From NCBI GenBank assembly GCA_051418015.1, contig JBPRGF010000023.1, forward strand, positions 224,001-288,000: a stretch of 64,000 nt of DNA, given 5' to 3'. The translations under genes and the position numbers were made by a program. This document shows, one piece after another, positions 1-8,744 of the stretch. The notes below the pieces were generated by a model. It searched no databases and had not been told where the DNA came from. It saw only the letters and a list, made by a program, of their open reading frames with translations. The DNA comes from Candidatus Nitrospinota bacterium M3_3B_026 (GTDB lineage Bacteria; Nitrospinota_A; UBA7883; JBPRGF01). The first letter of the stretch is position 1; the number at the start of each line of letters is the position of its first letter.

Positions 1-1716
1 TTCCCTGTCCGCGGCTATCCTTCGCTGCATCATCACCGCCGCGAGAACGCAAAGCTCGGCGTGATTCTTCACGTCGAGGGGCGCGCCCCAGAAGGCGATG
101 ATCGCGTCGCCCTCGTACTTGTCCACTGTCCCGTCGAGCTCCAGGATTATGTCCGTCATGGCGGAGAGGTAGTCGTTCAACAGCGCCACCAGCTCGTTCG
201 GCTGGAGTTTCTCGCTTATGCTGGTGAACCCGGCTATGTCCGAAAAAAAGGCGGTCATCTCCCTCTTCTCCCCGCCGAGTTTCAGCAGACCGGGGTCTTC
301 TATAATCTTCGCGATCACCTTGGGGGAAAGGTAATGCCCGAACGCCTCCTGGATGAACTTCTTGGACTTGCGCTCGGCGACGAACTGGTAAACCGTGATC
401 GTCAGGTAGCCGAGCCCGATCGTCCCGGAGGGGATAACGCTGTTGAACCAGACCAGCTTCTCCCTGAACATCCAGTAGTTGAACCACCCCAGCGCCCCGA
501 ACAGAAGCAGGGCAAATACAAGCCCTATGTATATGTTGACCCTTGGGATGACCAGCAGCAGGACCAGCCCGATGACAACCGCCAGGGCCGCGTCGTAGGC
601 GCTCTGGTATCCGAACTTGGTGACGGACAGGTTATTGAGCGCGGCGGCCATGGCGTTCGCCTGGACCTCGACGCCGTTCGTCTGGCCGTAGGGGGTCGTC
701 CGCACATCCTTGATCTCCGTAGCCGTGGCCCCCACCAGCGCCAGCCGCCCGGCCAGCATCCCGCGCAGCCTCTCGTCGTCCGGCGGCGCTTCCATGAGCG
801 TCTTGACGGAGACGCTGTTGAAAATCCCCTCCGGCCCGAGAAAGCGCAGGAGAACCATCCCGTGCTCGTCCGTGTCCACGAAATGGCTTCCCAGTCCCAC
901 ACCGTGAAAGACGCCGTGCTTGAAATAGACGTAGGTGTCGTTCAACACCCCGCCGTAGAGCGCCACCGAAGCAAGAGCCAGCGAGGGATAGAAGTCTCCC
1001 TTGTGCTCCATGACCATGGGATATGAGCGGAAAACCCCGTCCGGGCCCGACGCGACGTTCAAAAACCCCGACGCCGCGGAGACCTTCTGTATGACCGGGA
1101 TGTTGGGCGCCACGCTGGTCATCCCGGCGTCTATCGACACCTCGCGGCTGTCCTTGGTCCTTCGAACGAGCTTGATCCTGAAGGGCCTTATCTGTTTTCG
1201 CTTCTCCTCCCGCGCTTCGGCGGTGAACTCGTCGCCCTTGTGGAACAAAAAGCCCGTGACGACGTTCCCCGCCTTCCTGAGCGACCCGGCCAGCGCGTCG
1301 TCTCTGGACACCTCCCCGCGCAAAGCCAGAAGCTCGCTGTAGAACCCAGGATGCGCCCTGTCCACCCCCTCTTCCTTCGCCGCTTCGCCGATCCTCTCCA
1401 CGACCTCCCCGGTCAGCTTGTTAGCCTCGGTCGTGAAAGTCATGTCCAGAGCCGTCACCACGGCGCCGTATCCGGCCAGCTTCTCCACTATCTCGCCGAT
1501 GAAGCTCCTGGGCCATGGCCACCTGCCGAAGGCGTCCAGAGAGCTTTCGTCCACGCCGACTATCACTATCCTGGGGTCCGGCTCGTTGGGGGCGGTCTGC
1601 TTGATAAGAAGATCGTATATCTTCAGCTCGAACTCCTCGATGAAACCCGGCGGACGAAAGGCGAGGAGAGCCAGCACGGCCAGCAGCGGAAGGTATATCC
1701 TGCCAAGGGAGATCAT
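1..1716 (-). CDS. CHASE2-domain class III adenylate/guanylate cyclase (3' end runs off the window)
   Basis: Absent from the ORF track because there is no stop in the window. Manual translation from ATG 1716 gives MISLGRIYLPLLLAVLALLAF...IVIVGVDESSLDAFGRWPWPR (CHASE2 motif), transmembrane helices, then GGEKREMTAFFSDIAGFTSISE...GTVDKYEGDAIIAFWGAP (class III cyclase motifs). Confidence 0.93.
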   Translation of the reverse strand, partial: MISLGRIYLPLLAVLALLAFRPPGFIEEFELKIYDLLIKQTAPNEPDPRIVIVGVDESSLDAFGRWPWPRSFIGEIVEKLAGYGAVVTALDMTFTTEANKLTGEVVERIGEAAKEEGVDRAHPGFYSELLALRGEVSRDDALAGSLRKAGNVVTGFLFHKGDEFTAEAREEKRKQIRPFRIKLVRRTKDSREVSIDAGMTSVAPNIPVIQKVSAASGFLNVASGPDGVFRSYPMVMEHKGDFYPSLALASVALYGGVLNDTYVYFKHGVFHGVGLGSHFVDTDEHGMVLLRFLGPEGIFNSVSVKTLMEAPPDDERLRGMLAGRLALVGATATEIKDVRTTPYGQTNGVEVQANAMAAALNNLSVTKFGYQSAYDAALAVVIGLVLLLVIPRVNIYIGLVFALLLFGALGWFNYWMFREKLVWFNSVIPSGTIGLGYLTITVYQFVAERKSKKFIQEAFGHYLSPKVIAKIIEDPGLLKLGGEKREMTAFFSDIAGFTSISEKLQPNELVALLNDYLSAMTDIILELDGTVDKYEGDAIIAFWGAPLDVKNHAELCVLAAVMMQRRIAADRE

Positions 1717-1727
1717 CGCCAACCTCT

Positions 1728-1762
1728 AAAAAAACCGCCGCCGGGCGGCGCGCCCCGGCGGC
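1728..1762 (-). terminator. Intrinsic terminator-like hairpin between the barrel gene and the cyclase gene
   Basis: Minus strand reads GCCGCCGGG, an 8-nt loop, CCCGGCGGC, then GG and T7. Confidence 0.6.
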
Positions 1763-1767
1763 CGCCG

Positions 1768-2937
1768 TCAGAAACTGTACACCAGCCCGGCGTCCACGTT
1801 AAAGACGTCGTAGGCGGCGTCCTCGGACGACGCGGCGTCCTTTTTGTCCAGAACGCGGGAATAGCGCGCCCGCAGCGTCGCGTAGACGCTGGAGCTGAAG
1901 CTCCAGGTCATCCCCGGCTCGATGTACGCCTTGCTCCGGCCGGCGTCGTAGTAATCGTCCTCCTCGTGATAGCCGTTCGCGCCCACCTCCTTGTAGCCGA
2001 GAAGGCCCGTTGCGGAAAGCCTGCCGGAGAATTTGTACGAGCCGCTGACATATGCCTCCAGGGAGTTGTTGTTGGAGTTGGCCCGCTCGCTCTCCAGGGT
2101 GTCGCCGTCGCCTATGACCTCGTTTTTCCGCTGTGTGGAATACGTGACCCCCGCCACGCTGGTGAAAGACCCGCCCCACTTGCGAATGTAGCGGGCGGTG
2201 GCGATGATGACATCCCCCTGCCGGAAAACGCCGCGCCCGCTCTGCTTGTCCTCTCCGTACCGGCTGTAGGCAAGTGAGAAAAGGGCGTAGTCCTCCCCCA
2301 CGGTCCGCGCCACCGTGTTCAGGACGAGAAGAAGCCTGTCCCCTGGGTCGAACTCGTCGCCCGCGGTCTCGGTGGCGGGGTCGTATTCCCCCGTGAACTC
2401 GTACCGCGCTCCCAGCCCCGCGGCGCCCCATTTGAACCTGTATACCGCCATCAGGTGCGGCGCGACGTTGAGCCCGGCGCCGTAGGTGTTTATCAGCATC
2501 AGGTCCTGGCTCAGGTCGTCCACCATCACTTTCTTGAGCTCGTCCTCCGAGTACGAGCTTTTCCCGGTGGGCGCGCCCACGTCCACCCCGCCGCGAAGGG
2601 TGAGCCCGCCTCTTTTGATGGAGTAGTACGTGGATATGTCCGTGTCCGCCAGCGTCGTGACATCGAACCTGTCCTCGGCGTGGGAGGCTTTGTACGAGGT
2701 GCTCACGAAAACGCCGTTTATCGCCGCGCCCCAGCTTTTCCCCTCGTAGGAGACTTGCGCGAAGCTCAAAGCCTGCGTCCCGTCGCTGTCGAGGTCGCCG
2801 GTCCTCCATGAGCCGTAATTCAGGGAAAGCGAGACAAGCCACGGCCGCTTTTCGTCTTCGCCGTGGGCGACGCCGGCCGTCCCCGCGAGAAGGGCCGCCA
2901 ACAGCGCGAAACCGGACAACCACGGGCGGCGTTTCAT
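1768..2937 (-). CDS. Predicted outer-membrane beta-barrel protein of unknown family
   Basis: 389 aa with a signal peptide (AGVAHG), many amphipathic Y/G-rich strands and the C-terminal BAM-type motif VDAGLVYSF. Confidence 0.75.
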   Translation of the reverse strand: MKRRPWLSGFALLAALLAGTAGVAHGEDEKRPWLVSLSLNYGSWRTGDLDSDGTQALSFAQVSYEGKSWGAAINGVFVSTSYKASHAEDRFDVTTLADTDISTYYSIKRGGLTLRGGVDVGAPTGKSSYSEDELKKVMVDDLSQDLMLINTYGAGLNVAPHLMAVYRFKWGAAGLGARYEFTGEYDPATETAGDEFDPGDRLLLVLNTVARTVGEDYALFSLAYSRYGEDKQSGRGVFRQGDVIIATARYIRKWGGSFTSVAGVTYSTQRKNEVIGDGDTLESERANSNNNSLEAYVSGSYKFSGRLSATGLLGYKEVGANGYHEEDDYYDAGRSKAYIEPGMTWSFSSSVYATLRARYSRVLDKKDAASSEDAAYDVFNVDAGLVYSF

Positions 2938-4016
2938 CTGAGGTCGATGATAATGTCGAAGGTTGTCTTGCTGACGGGTGGGGCGGCTTCTCCCCCGCTC
3001 TTCGTCTTCTGCTCCACTATCCCCTGCTCGCCGGTATTCTGGCCCTCGACCCCCTCGTCGGTTCCCACCTTGTCAGGCGCGATTTGCTTGGGGATGGAGA
3101 CGCTCCTGGTCATGTTGTTTATGGCCATGCTCTCCGCGGCGTCCTGGGGAGGGGGCGGCGGCGGAGAAGACGGCTCAGGAGGAGCGGGAGCCCCGGCCTT
3201 TTCCTGAGCTTTCTCAGGCTCTTTGCCGGGCTTTTCCTCGGGGGGCGCCTCCGGCTCTTCTTTCTTCTCCTCCTCTGGCGCCTTCGGGGCGGGCTTTGGC
3301 TTTTCGGCCGGGGGACGCTCCTTTTTCGGCGTCGTTTTAAAGGGGATCGTCCTGTTGAGATTCCTCAGGCGCGCGGGCGAGATGGGGAACGGCTTGAGAG
3401 GCGGCGCCCCGGGCGTGACGGCGGTGCGGCGTCCGGCTGTCAGGTTCACGACGGTCGCCGCCGGGTCGAACCCGCGGACATAGACCTGGCCCTTCTCCCC
3501 GGCCCTTCCGAGCAGGTCTATCGACGTCCTTTCCTTCTTGTGCTCCACGACGAAGGGGGGGGTTCCAGCGACGCCGCATATCGCCGCCTTGGTGTGGTAT
3601 TCGAACTTGGAATCCGGCGTGGTCAGCTTCGTCACGGAGGCTTTCACCCTCCCCACCATCAGTCCGAACACGGAGGATGTGGCCCCCTTCTCGTCCCTGC
3701 TCAGCGATTTTATGACCATGTCCGTGTCACGGTCCACGCGCATCAGGTCGCCGGTGTCGAACTCTATCTCAATGATTCCGTCGGCGGCGGTCCTGATCCT
3801 GTCCCCCTCGCTGAACACCATTCCGATGGACACCTCGCTCTCCCTGGAGTCGGCCGCCGATATGACCATGACCTTCCCTTCCACGTAGACGGCTTCGGCG
3901 ATTATCGGCGTGGAAGACGCAAAAGTTGGTGACCCAACGGATAAAACCAGCGCGAAGACGAAGACGGAAAAAAAACCCGCGCCAAAGTTGCTGGGGATCG
4001 ACCCGGGGATTCTCAT
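2934..4016 (-). CDS. Exported FecR-domain protein with a long Pro/Glu/Lys-rich linker
   Basis: Hydrophobic N-terminus, then FecR-like motifs VEGKV...GDRIRTAADG...FDTGDLMRVDRDT...FEYHTKAAICGVAGT. The start is uncertain (ATG 4016 chosen; the ORF is open to 4133). ATGA overlap with the downstream gene. Confidence 0.8.
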   Translation of the reverse strand: MRIPGSIPSNFGAGFFSVFVFALVLSVGSPTFASSTPIIAEAVYVEGKVMVISAADSRESEVSIGMVFSEGDRIRTAADGIIEIEFDTGDLMRVDRDTDMVIKSLSRDEKGATSSVFGLMVGRVKASVTKLTTPDSKFEYHTKAAICGVAGTPPFVVEHKKERTSIDLLGRAGEKGQVYVRGFDPAATVVNLTAGRRTAVTPGAPPLKPFPISPARLRNLNRTIPFKTTPKKERPPAEKPKPAPKAPEEEKKEEPEAPPEEKPGKEPEKAQEKAGAPAPPEPSSPPPPPPQDAAESMAINNMTRSVSIPKQIAPDKVGTDEGVEGQNTGEQGIVEQKTKSGGEAAPPVSKTTFDIIIDLR

Positions 4017-4217
4017 CCGGATCAACCGGAAAAGCTTGTTGAGTGAAACATGACGCCGCTTTCGCGCCTCCGCCGATATGAAAGCTTTGGCTTTTTGAAT
4101 CAGTATTTTACAAGGGAGTCGCGATGTTGTCAACGAAAGCGCGGCTCTTTTTTCAAAGCGGCGGGCCTCCGCCTGCTTGACAATTTCCAGGCGCGAGGGG
4201 CGGTGGTATAATTGAGA

Positions 4218-4892
4218 ATGCTCAAACTCGGGAGATTTTCAGGTTTTTCGGTACTGCTGATCCTGCTCCTTTCCGGCGCGCTTCCCGACGCCGCCCGCGC
4301 CGATATCTACAAGTGGGTTGACGACGCGGGGAAAGTACATTTCACCGACGACCCATACGAAGCTGAGCGCAAAGGCGTCAAGCCCGCCGAAACCGGCGAG
4401 GTCCGCAAGCCGGAAGATGAGGCCCCGGAGCAGGCCGAGCCAGCCGCCGAGGTCGGCGGCGCCGACGAAGAGAAAAAAGAAGAAGCCCAGCGAAAAGGCT
4501 CCGTGGAGCTGGTGGGGGATATCGAGTTCAAGCCTTCCGCGGGCGGGCGGGCCATATTGAGCGCGGCGATAAAAAACGGCTCCTCCCTGCCCGTTCGCGA
4601 CATATGGCTGGACGTTTTCCTTTTCACCCGCGAGGGGGAGCGTTTCGACTATTCCGTCAAGCTCACCAGCGGAAAGACCGCTCCGGACAGGCTCGCGCCG
4701 GGCGAGACGGGGATCATGGAACAGGAGACGGATCTTGCCCCCGAGGAGATATTCGCCCACAAGTACAGGCTCTCCTGGCGGGAGTTCGACATCGTCTCTC
4801 CTCCACCGGGCGACAAAGAGCTTCCCGAGGGGGTCATCCACAAGGTCATAAAAAAGAGCCCCGAAAAAGCGTCCGAGGGCGCGCCGCAGTAA
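4218..4892 (+). CDS. DUF4124-family exported protein
   Basis: Signal peptide followed by ADIYKWVDDAGKVHFTDDP, the DUF4124 signature. Confidence 0.8.
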   Translation: MLKLGRFSGFSVLLILLLSGALPDAARADIYKWVDDAGKVHFTDDPYEAERKGVKPAETGEVRKPEDEAPEQAEPAAEVGGADEEKKEEAQRKGSVELVGDIEFKPSAGGRAILSAAIKNGSSLPVRDIWLDVFLFTREGERFDYSVKLTSGKTAPDRLAPGETGIMEQETDLAPEEIFAHKYRLSWREFDIVSPPPGDKELPEGVIHKVIKKSPEKASEGAPQ

Positions 4893-4894
4893 CC

Positions 4895-6262
4895 GTGGCG
4901 AAATCCTCCACAGTTTTCATCTGCCAGTCCTGCGGCTACCAGAGCGCCAAGTGGATGGGCAAATGCCCCTCCTGTGACAAATGGGACACCTTCAGCGAGG
5001 AGCTCTCAGTCCCCACGGCCCGCTCCCACGAAAAGCGAAGATGGGTCGAAACCGACGGACGAAACGATCCCGTTCCCATAACCGAAGTGAAGTCCGACGC
5101 CGCCGAGCGCGTATCCACCGGGATAGGCGAGCTGGACAGGACGCTCGGCGGAGGGGTCGTCTCCGGCTCGCTGACGCTCGTGGGGGGCGACCCGGGGATA
5201 GGCAAGTCAACCCTTCTTCTGCAGGTGGCGGGAGCGCTCGCGAAAACCGCGCCGGTCCTTTACGTCTCCGGAGAGGAGTCGCCCAGCCAGATCAGGATGA
5301 GGGGCGAGCGGCTGGGGCTCATGTCCGAGGCGCTAATGGTCCTGCCGGAGACGCAGGTGGAGATGATCGAGAGGCGAATCCTCGAGATACGCCCCGCCCT
5401 CGCCGTGGTGGACTCCATCCAGACCATATTCACATCCGAGCTGCCCTCGGCGCCGGGGACGGTGGGGCAGGTCCGCGAGTCCGCCGGGAGGCTCCTTGCG
5501 TTGTCCAAGCGGACCGGCATCCCGCTGTTCCTGATCGGACACGTCACGAAGGACGGGGCCATAGCAGGCCCGAGGCTGCTTGAGCACATGGTGGACACGG
5601 TGCTCTACTTCGAGGGGGACAAGGGCGGCCCGTACAGGATATTGCGCGGGGTGAAAAACAGGTTCGGCTCCACAAACGAGATAGGCGTTTTCGAGATGAA
5701 AGGCGACGGGCTGGCCTGCGTGGACAACCCGTCGGAGATATTCATCTCCGAGCGGCCCGGCGGCGTCTCAGGCTCGGTGGTGGTGGCCTGCGTCCACGGC
5801 GCGCGGCCGCTGCTTGTGGAGACACAGGCCCTCGTCGCCTCGTCGCATTATCCCACGCCGCGCAGGACGAGCGTCGGCGTGGACCCGAACAGGGTGGCGA
5901 TACTGCTTGCGATCGTGGAAAAACGGGCGGGCTACCACATCATGGGAGAGGACGTCTTCGTCAACGCCGCCGGAGGCGTCCGCGTCGACGAGCCGGCGAC
6001 GGACCTGGGCGTGGTGACCGCCATGGTCTCCAGCTTCCGCGACGCGCCGGTGGACTCCCGAACCGTCGTCATCGGCGAGGTGGGCCTGAGCGGGGAGATA
6101 CGCTCCGTGCCGATGATGGACCTGCGGCTGAACGAGGCGGCCAAGCTCGGGTTCCGCCGCGCCGTCATCCCGAAAGCGAGGAAGACCGCGCCGTTGCCGG
6201 ACAGCATCGAGCTTATCGAAGTGGCAGACGTCGGCGAGGCGCTGGAAGTGTTGCTGGACTAA
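4895..6262 (+). CDS. radA: DNA repair protein RadA/Sms
   Basis: GTG start at 4895. Zn finger CQSCG...KCPSC, Walker A GDPGIGKST, KNRFG motif and a Lon-like C-terminal domain. Confidence 0.97.
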   Translation: MAKSSTVFICQSCGYQSAKWMGKCPSCDKWDTFSEELSVPTARSHEKRRWVETDGRNDPVPITEVKSDAAERVSTGIGELDRTLGGGVVSGSLTLVGGDPGIGKSTLLLQVAGALAKTAPVLYVSGEESPSQIRMRGERLGLMSEALMVLPETQVEMIERRILEIRPALAVVDSIQTIFTSELPSAPGTVGQVRESAGRLLALSKRTGIPLFLIGHVTKDGAIAGPRLLEHMVDTVLYFEGDKGGPYRILRGVKNRFGSTNEIGVFEMKGDGLACVDNPSEIFISERPGGVSGSVVVACVHGARPLLVETQALVASSHYPTPRRTSVGVDPNRVAILLAIVEKRAGYHIMGEDVFVNAAGGVRVDEPATDLGVVTAMVSSFRDAPVDSRTVVIGEVGLSGEIRSVPMMDLRLNEAAKLGFRRAVIPKARKTAPLPDSIELIEVADVGEALEVLLD

Positions 6263-6277
6263 AATGGCGCGGCGGCG

Positions 6278-6778
6278 TCAACCGTCGACCTCCGTCAGCT
6301 TTCCCGTCCCGACGTCGTACACGAAGCCGCGAGCTGTGACGGGGGCGGGTATCCATGGGTGTTTTTTAATCTTCCGTACCTGCTCGCGAACGTTCTCCTC
6401 AAGGCCGGAGAAGGCGTGGAACGCGCGCGGAGCGTCCGCCTCGGCGCCGGTGTCCTTTATCAACCTGCCCCGCAGCTCTTCGTCCGTGAAGGTCAGCATC
6501 CCGCAATCGGTGTGGTTGACGACCATGACCTCCTCCACGCCGAGCAGCTCGCAGGCTATGACAAGCGACCGGATAGCGTCATCGGAGACGATCCCGCCCG
6601 CGTTGCGGATCACGCACGCGTCGCCTTTTTCGAGTCCCATGACGCTGAACACGTCGAGGCGCGCGTCCATGCATGTGATCACGGCCAGTTTTTTACCAGG
6701 CCGCCGGGCAAGCCCGCCGTCCCTGAAATCGGCTGAAAACTCCTCGTTGGCCTCCAACACCTCATCGATCGCGCTCAT
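6278..6778 (-). CDS. Beta-class carbonic anhydrase
   Basis: Zn-ligand motifs TCMDARL, IRNAGG and HTDCGM; C-terminal GFVYDVGTGKL. Confidence 0.93.
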   Translation of the reverse strand: MSAIDEVLEANEEFSADFRDGGLARRPGKKLAVITCMDARLDVFSVMGLEKGDACVIRNAGGIVSDDAIRSLVIACELLGVEEVMVVNHTDCGMLTFTDEELRGRLIKDTGAEADAPRAFHAFSGLEENVREQVRKIKKHPWIPAPVTARGFVYDVGTGKLTEVDG

Positions 6779-8744
6779 GCCCTCCCCCCATGCTTCGCAT
6801 CACCCCCATCATCTCGTCCACGCGGTGGGCGTAGGTGTGCTTTTCCAGGACCGCCCGCCTGCCCGCCGCGGCGATCCGCTCACGCTCCTTTTCATGTTCG
6901 ATGTAATACTCGGCCAGCTCGGCCGCGTTCTCGTCGTCGTAGATGACAAGGCTCTCGCGGTCGGTGAAAAAGTCGCGCAGACCGTCGGCGTCGTCGGTCA
7001 GCAGCATGGAGCCCGAACAGAGAGCCTCGAAGACGCGCATGTTCAGATCGTTTTTTATCGCGTTGTTGAAAACGATGCGCGACTGGCAGAAAAACCTGGC
7101 CATGTCCTCGAGGAACAGCCGGTCGTAGCGCGTCCGCGTCCTCTCGGCGATCCGCATGAGAAGCCGCGTCCGCCGCTCGTCGGTCAGCGATCCGACGAAC
7201 CCCACGTCGTGTTTTTTCTCCACGTCGATTTTGCCGTGTATCTCGGGGTCGCAGGCCAGCGGGAGCCAGTGGACGTTCTCGACCCCGGCTTCACTGAAGT
7301 TTGGAATATAAGCCCGCTGGGCGAGGAAAACCACGTCGAACATCTTCGCCGTCTGGATATGCTTTTCAAGGTGTATGTGCGTGTCGATGAGGTAGGCCGC
7401 CTTCGGGACGGAAAGCGCCTCCAGCGCGGCGGGAGGGCCGCCGATCCCCGTCTCCACCCAGACGAAAAAGTCCGGCGCGAACCCCTCCGGCAGCCTTTCG
7501 ATGACGGAGCGCATGTCCAGAACCGCCTTCTGGTCGTCGATATCGTGCGTCCACGCGGGAGTTTTCATGTTCCCAAGGTCCCATTTCGCGATGGCCTCTC
7601 GCGGCAGCTTCGCGCCTGCCGTCACCACGTTCAGCTTTTTACGCATAGCCCTTTCCAGGTACGCGCCTGTCGTGGCTGGGTAGGAGGTGTACGAGAGAAG
7701 GACGTTCTCGGCGCCTTCGAAGGAGGGTTTGAACACCTTCTTTTTCGCCGCTTTCGGAAAGGCCGCGCGCGGCTTTGCGGGGCGCCACTCCACGGCGCGC
7801 CTTATGGCGGCGCTCCATTTTTCCAGGAACGCGCTCAGCGGGAAGAGTCTTTCAACGGTTTTGCGCCCTTCGGCGCCGATCTTTTTCGCAAGGTCTGCGT
7901 CATCGAGCAGCGCCAGAACCTTTTCGCGCAACTCCTCGGCCGTCGCGCCGATGAACCCATCCACGCCGCCGGTTATCGGGCAGGTGGGGTTCTCCACGGC
8001 GGCCACCGGCATACCCGTGGCCATCGCCTCCAGAACGGCGAGGTTGTAGCCGTCCTCCCAGGGCGGCATGGCCGTGCTCAAAAGCAGCCTGTTCTCCCGG
8101 TACGCCTTTTTCAAGCCCTCCCATCCGGCGGAGACCCGCGACTCCGGGATGTCCGGGTTCTCGCCCACTATGACGTTGGGAAGACCGTCCTTCAGAACCT
8201 CCTCCTGGAGCGAGAAGCCGGTCATCAGGTCCCGCGCCTTTATGCTGTTGCCGACCCTCAGGACGCGCCGCTGCTCGCCGGTGTAGCCGCCGTATTGCGA
8301 AACATCCACGCCGGGGAGGATGATCTCGCCCGGCATGTCCCAGTCGGCCCGCTTCGTCTCGGAGATAAAGACGCGGTAGACGAGGCTGGTCAGGGTCTTC
8401 ACCTGTTCTCTGTGACCGTCCGCCGCCTCCGGCCTGCCGCCGAGCGCCGCCTCGGTGGAGAGCCTGTTGTGGAACACCAGGAGCTTCGGAAGGCGCGCCT
8501 CCTTCGCCATCACGATGTCTTTCACGTTGTGGGCGAGCAGCAGATCGTAATGACCCTCCTTTAATAGCCGCTCGCTGGCCTGCGCCGTCGTGATTTCCTT
8601 CACGTTCGGCGGCATGGGGCGCATGGCGTGGTCCCACGATTTCAACGGCGCGCCTATGTTCGGCGGGGCCACCTCGAACTCATGATCGAGCCGGACGAGA
8701 AGCGACAGGTAGGGCGTGTGCCAGTTGAAGGTTAAAATTCTCAT
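6762..8744 (-). CDS. Two-domain glycosyltransferase (GT4-like plus CgeB/Glyco_trans_1_2-like)
   Basis: DGYNLAVLEAMATGMPV (GT4 motif) in the N-terminal half; LPLACDP...DVGFVGS...DLNMRVFEALCSG...HTYAHR (CgeB-like) in the C-terminal half. Confidence 0.88.
   Translation of the reverse strand: MRILTFNWHTPYLSLLVRLDHEFEVAPPNIGAPLKSWDHAMRPMPPNVKEITTAQASERLLKEGHYDLLLAHNVKDIVMAKEARLPKLLVFHNRLSTEAALGGRPEAADGHREQVKTLTSLVYRVFISETKRADWDMPGEIILPGVDVSQYGGYTGEQRRVLRVGNSIKARDLMTGFSLQEEVLKDGLPNVIVGENPDIPESRVSAGWEGLKKAYRENRLLLSTAMPPWEDGYNLAVLEAMATGMPVAAVENPTCPITGGVDGFIGATAEELREKVLALLDDADLAKKIGAEGRKTVERLFPLSAFLEKWSAAIRRAVEWRPAKPRAAFPKAAKKKVFKPSFEGAENVLLSYTSYPATTGAYLERAMRKKLNVVTAGAKLPREAIAKWDLGNMKTPAWTHDIDDQKAVLDMRSVIERLPEGFAPDFFVWVETGIGGPPAALEALSVPKAAYLIDTHIHLEKHIQTAKMFDVVFLAQRAYIPNFSEAGVENVHWLPLACDPEIHGKIDVEKKHDVGFVGSLTDERRTRLLMRIAERTRTRYDRLFLEDMARFFCQSRIVFNNAIKNDLNMRVFEALCSGSMLLTDDADGLRDFFTDRESLVIYDDENAAELAEYYIEHEKERERIAAAGRRAVLEKHTYAHRVDEMMGVMRSMGGGHERDR

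Noticed and set aside
2934..4016. Classical FecIRA iron-uptake signalling
   Set aside because: There is no ECF sigma factor, and the 389-aa barrel is far too small for a TonB-dependent receptor.
6264..8564. Long antisense or alternate-frame ORFs (also 61-1026, 11236-13443, 39896-41731, 42084-43922, 56347-58383, 59006-60622, 60381-62420)
   Set aside because: They mirror well-supported genes on the opposite strand or in another frame and carry no recognisable motifs. They are expected shadows of high-GC codon usage.
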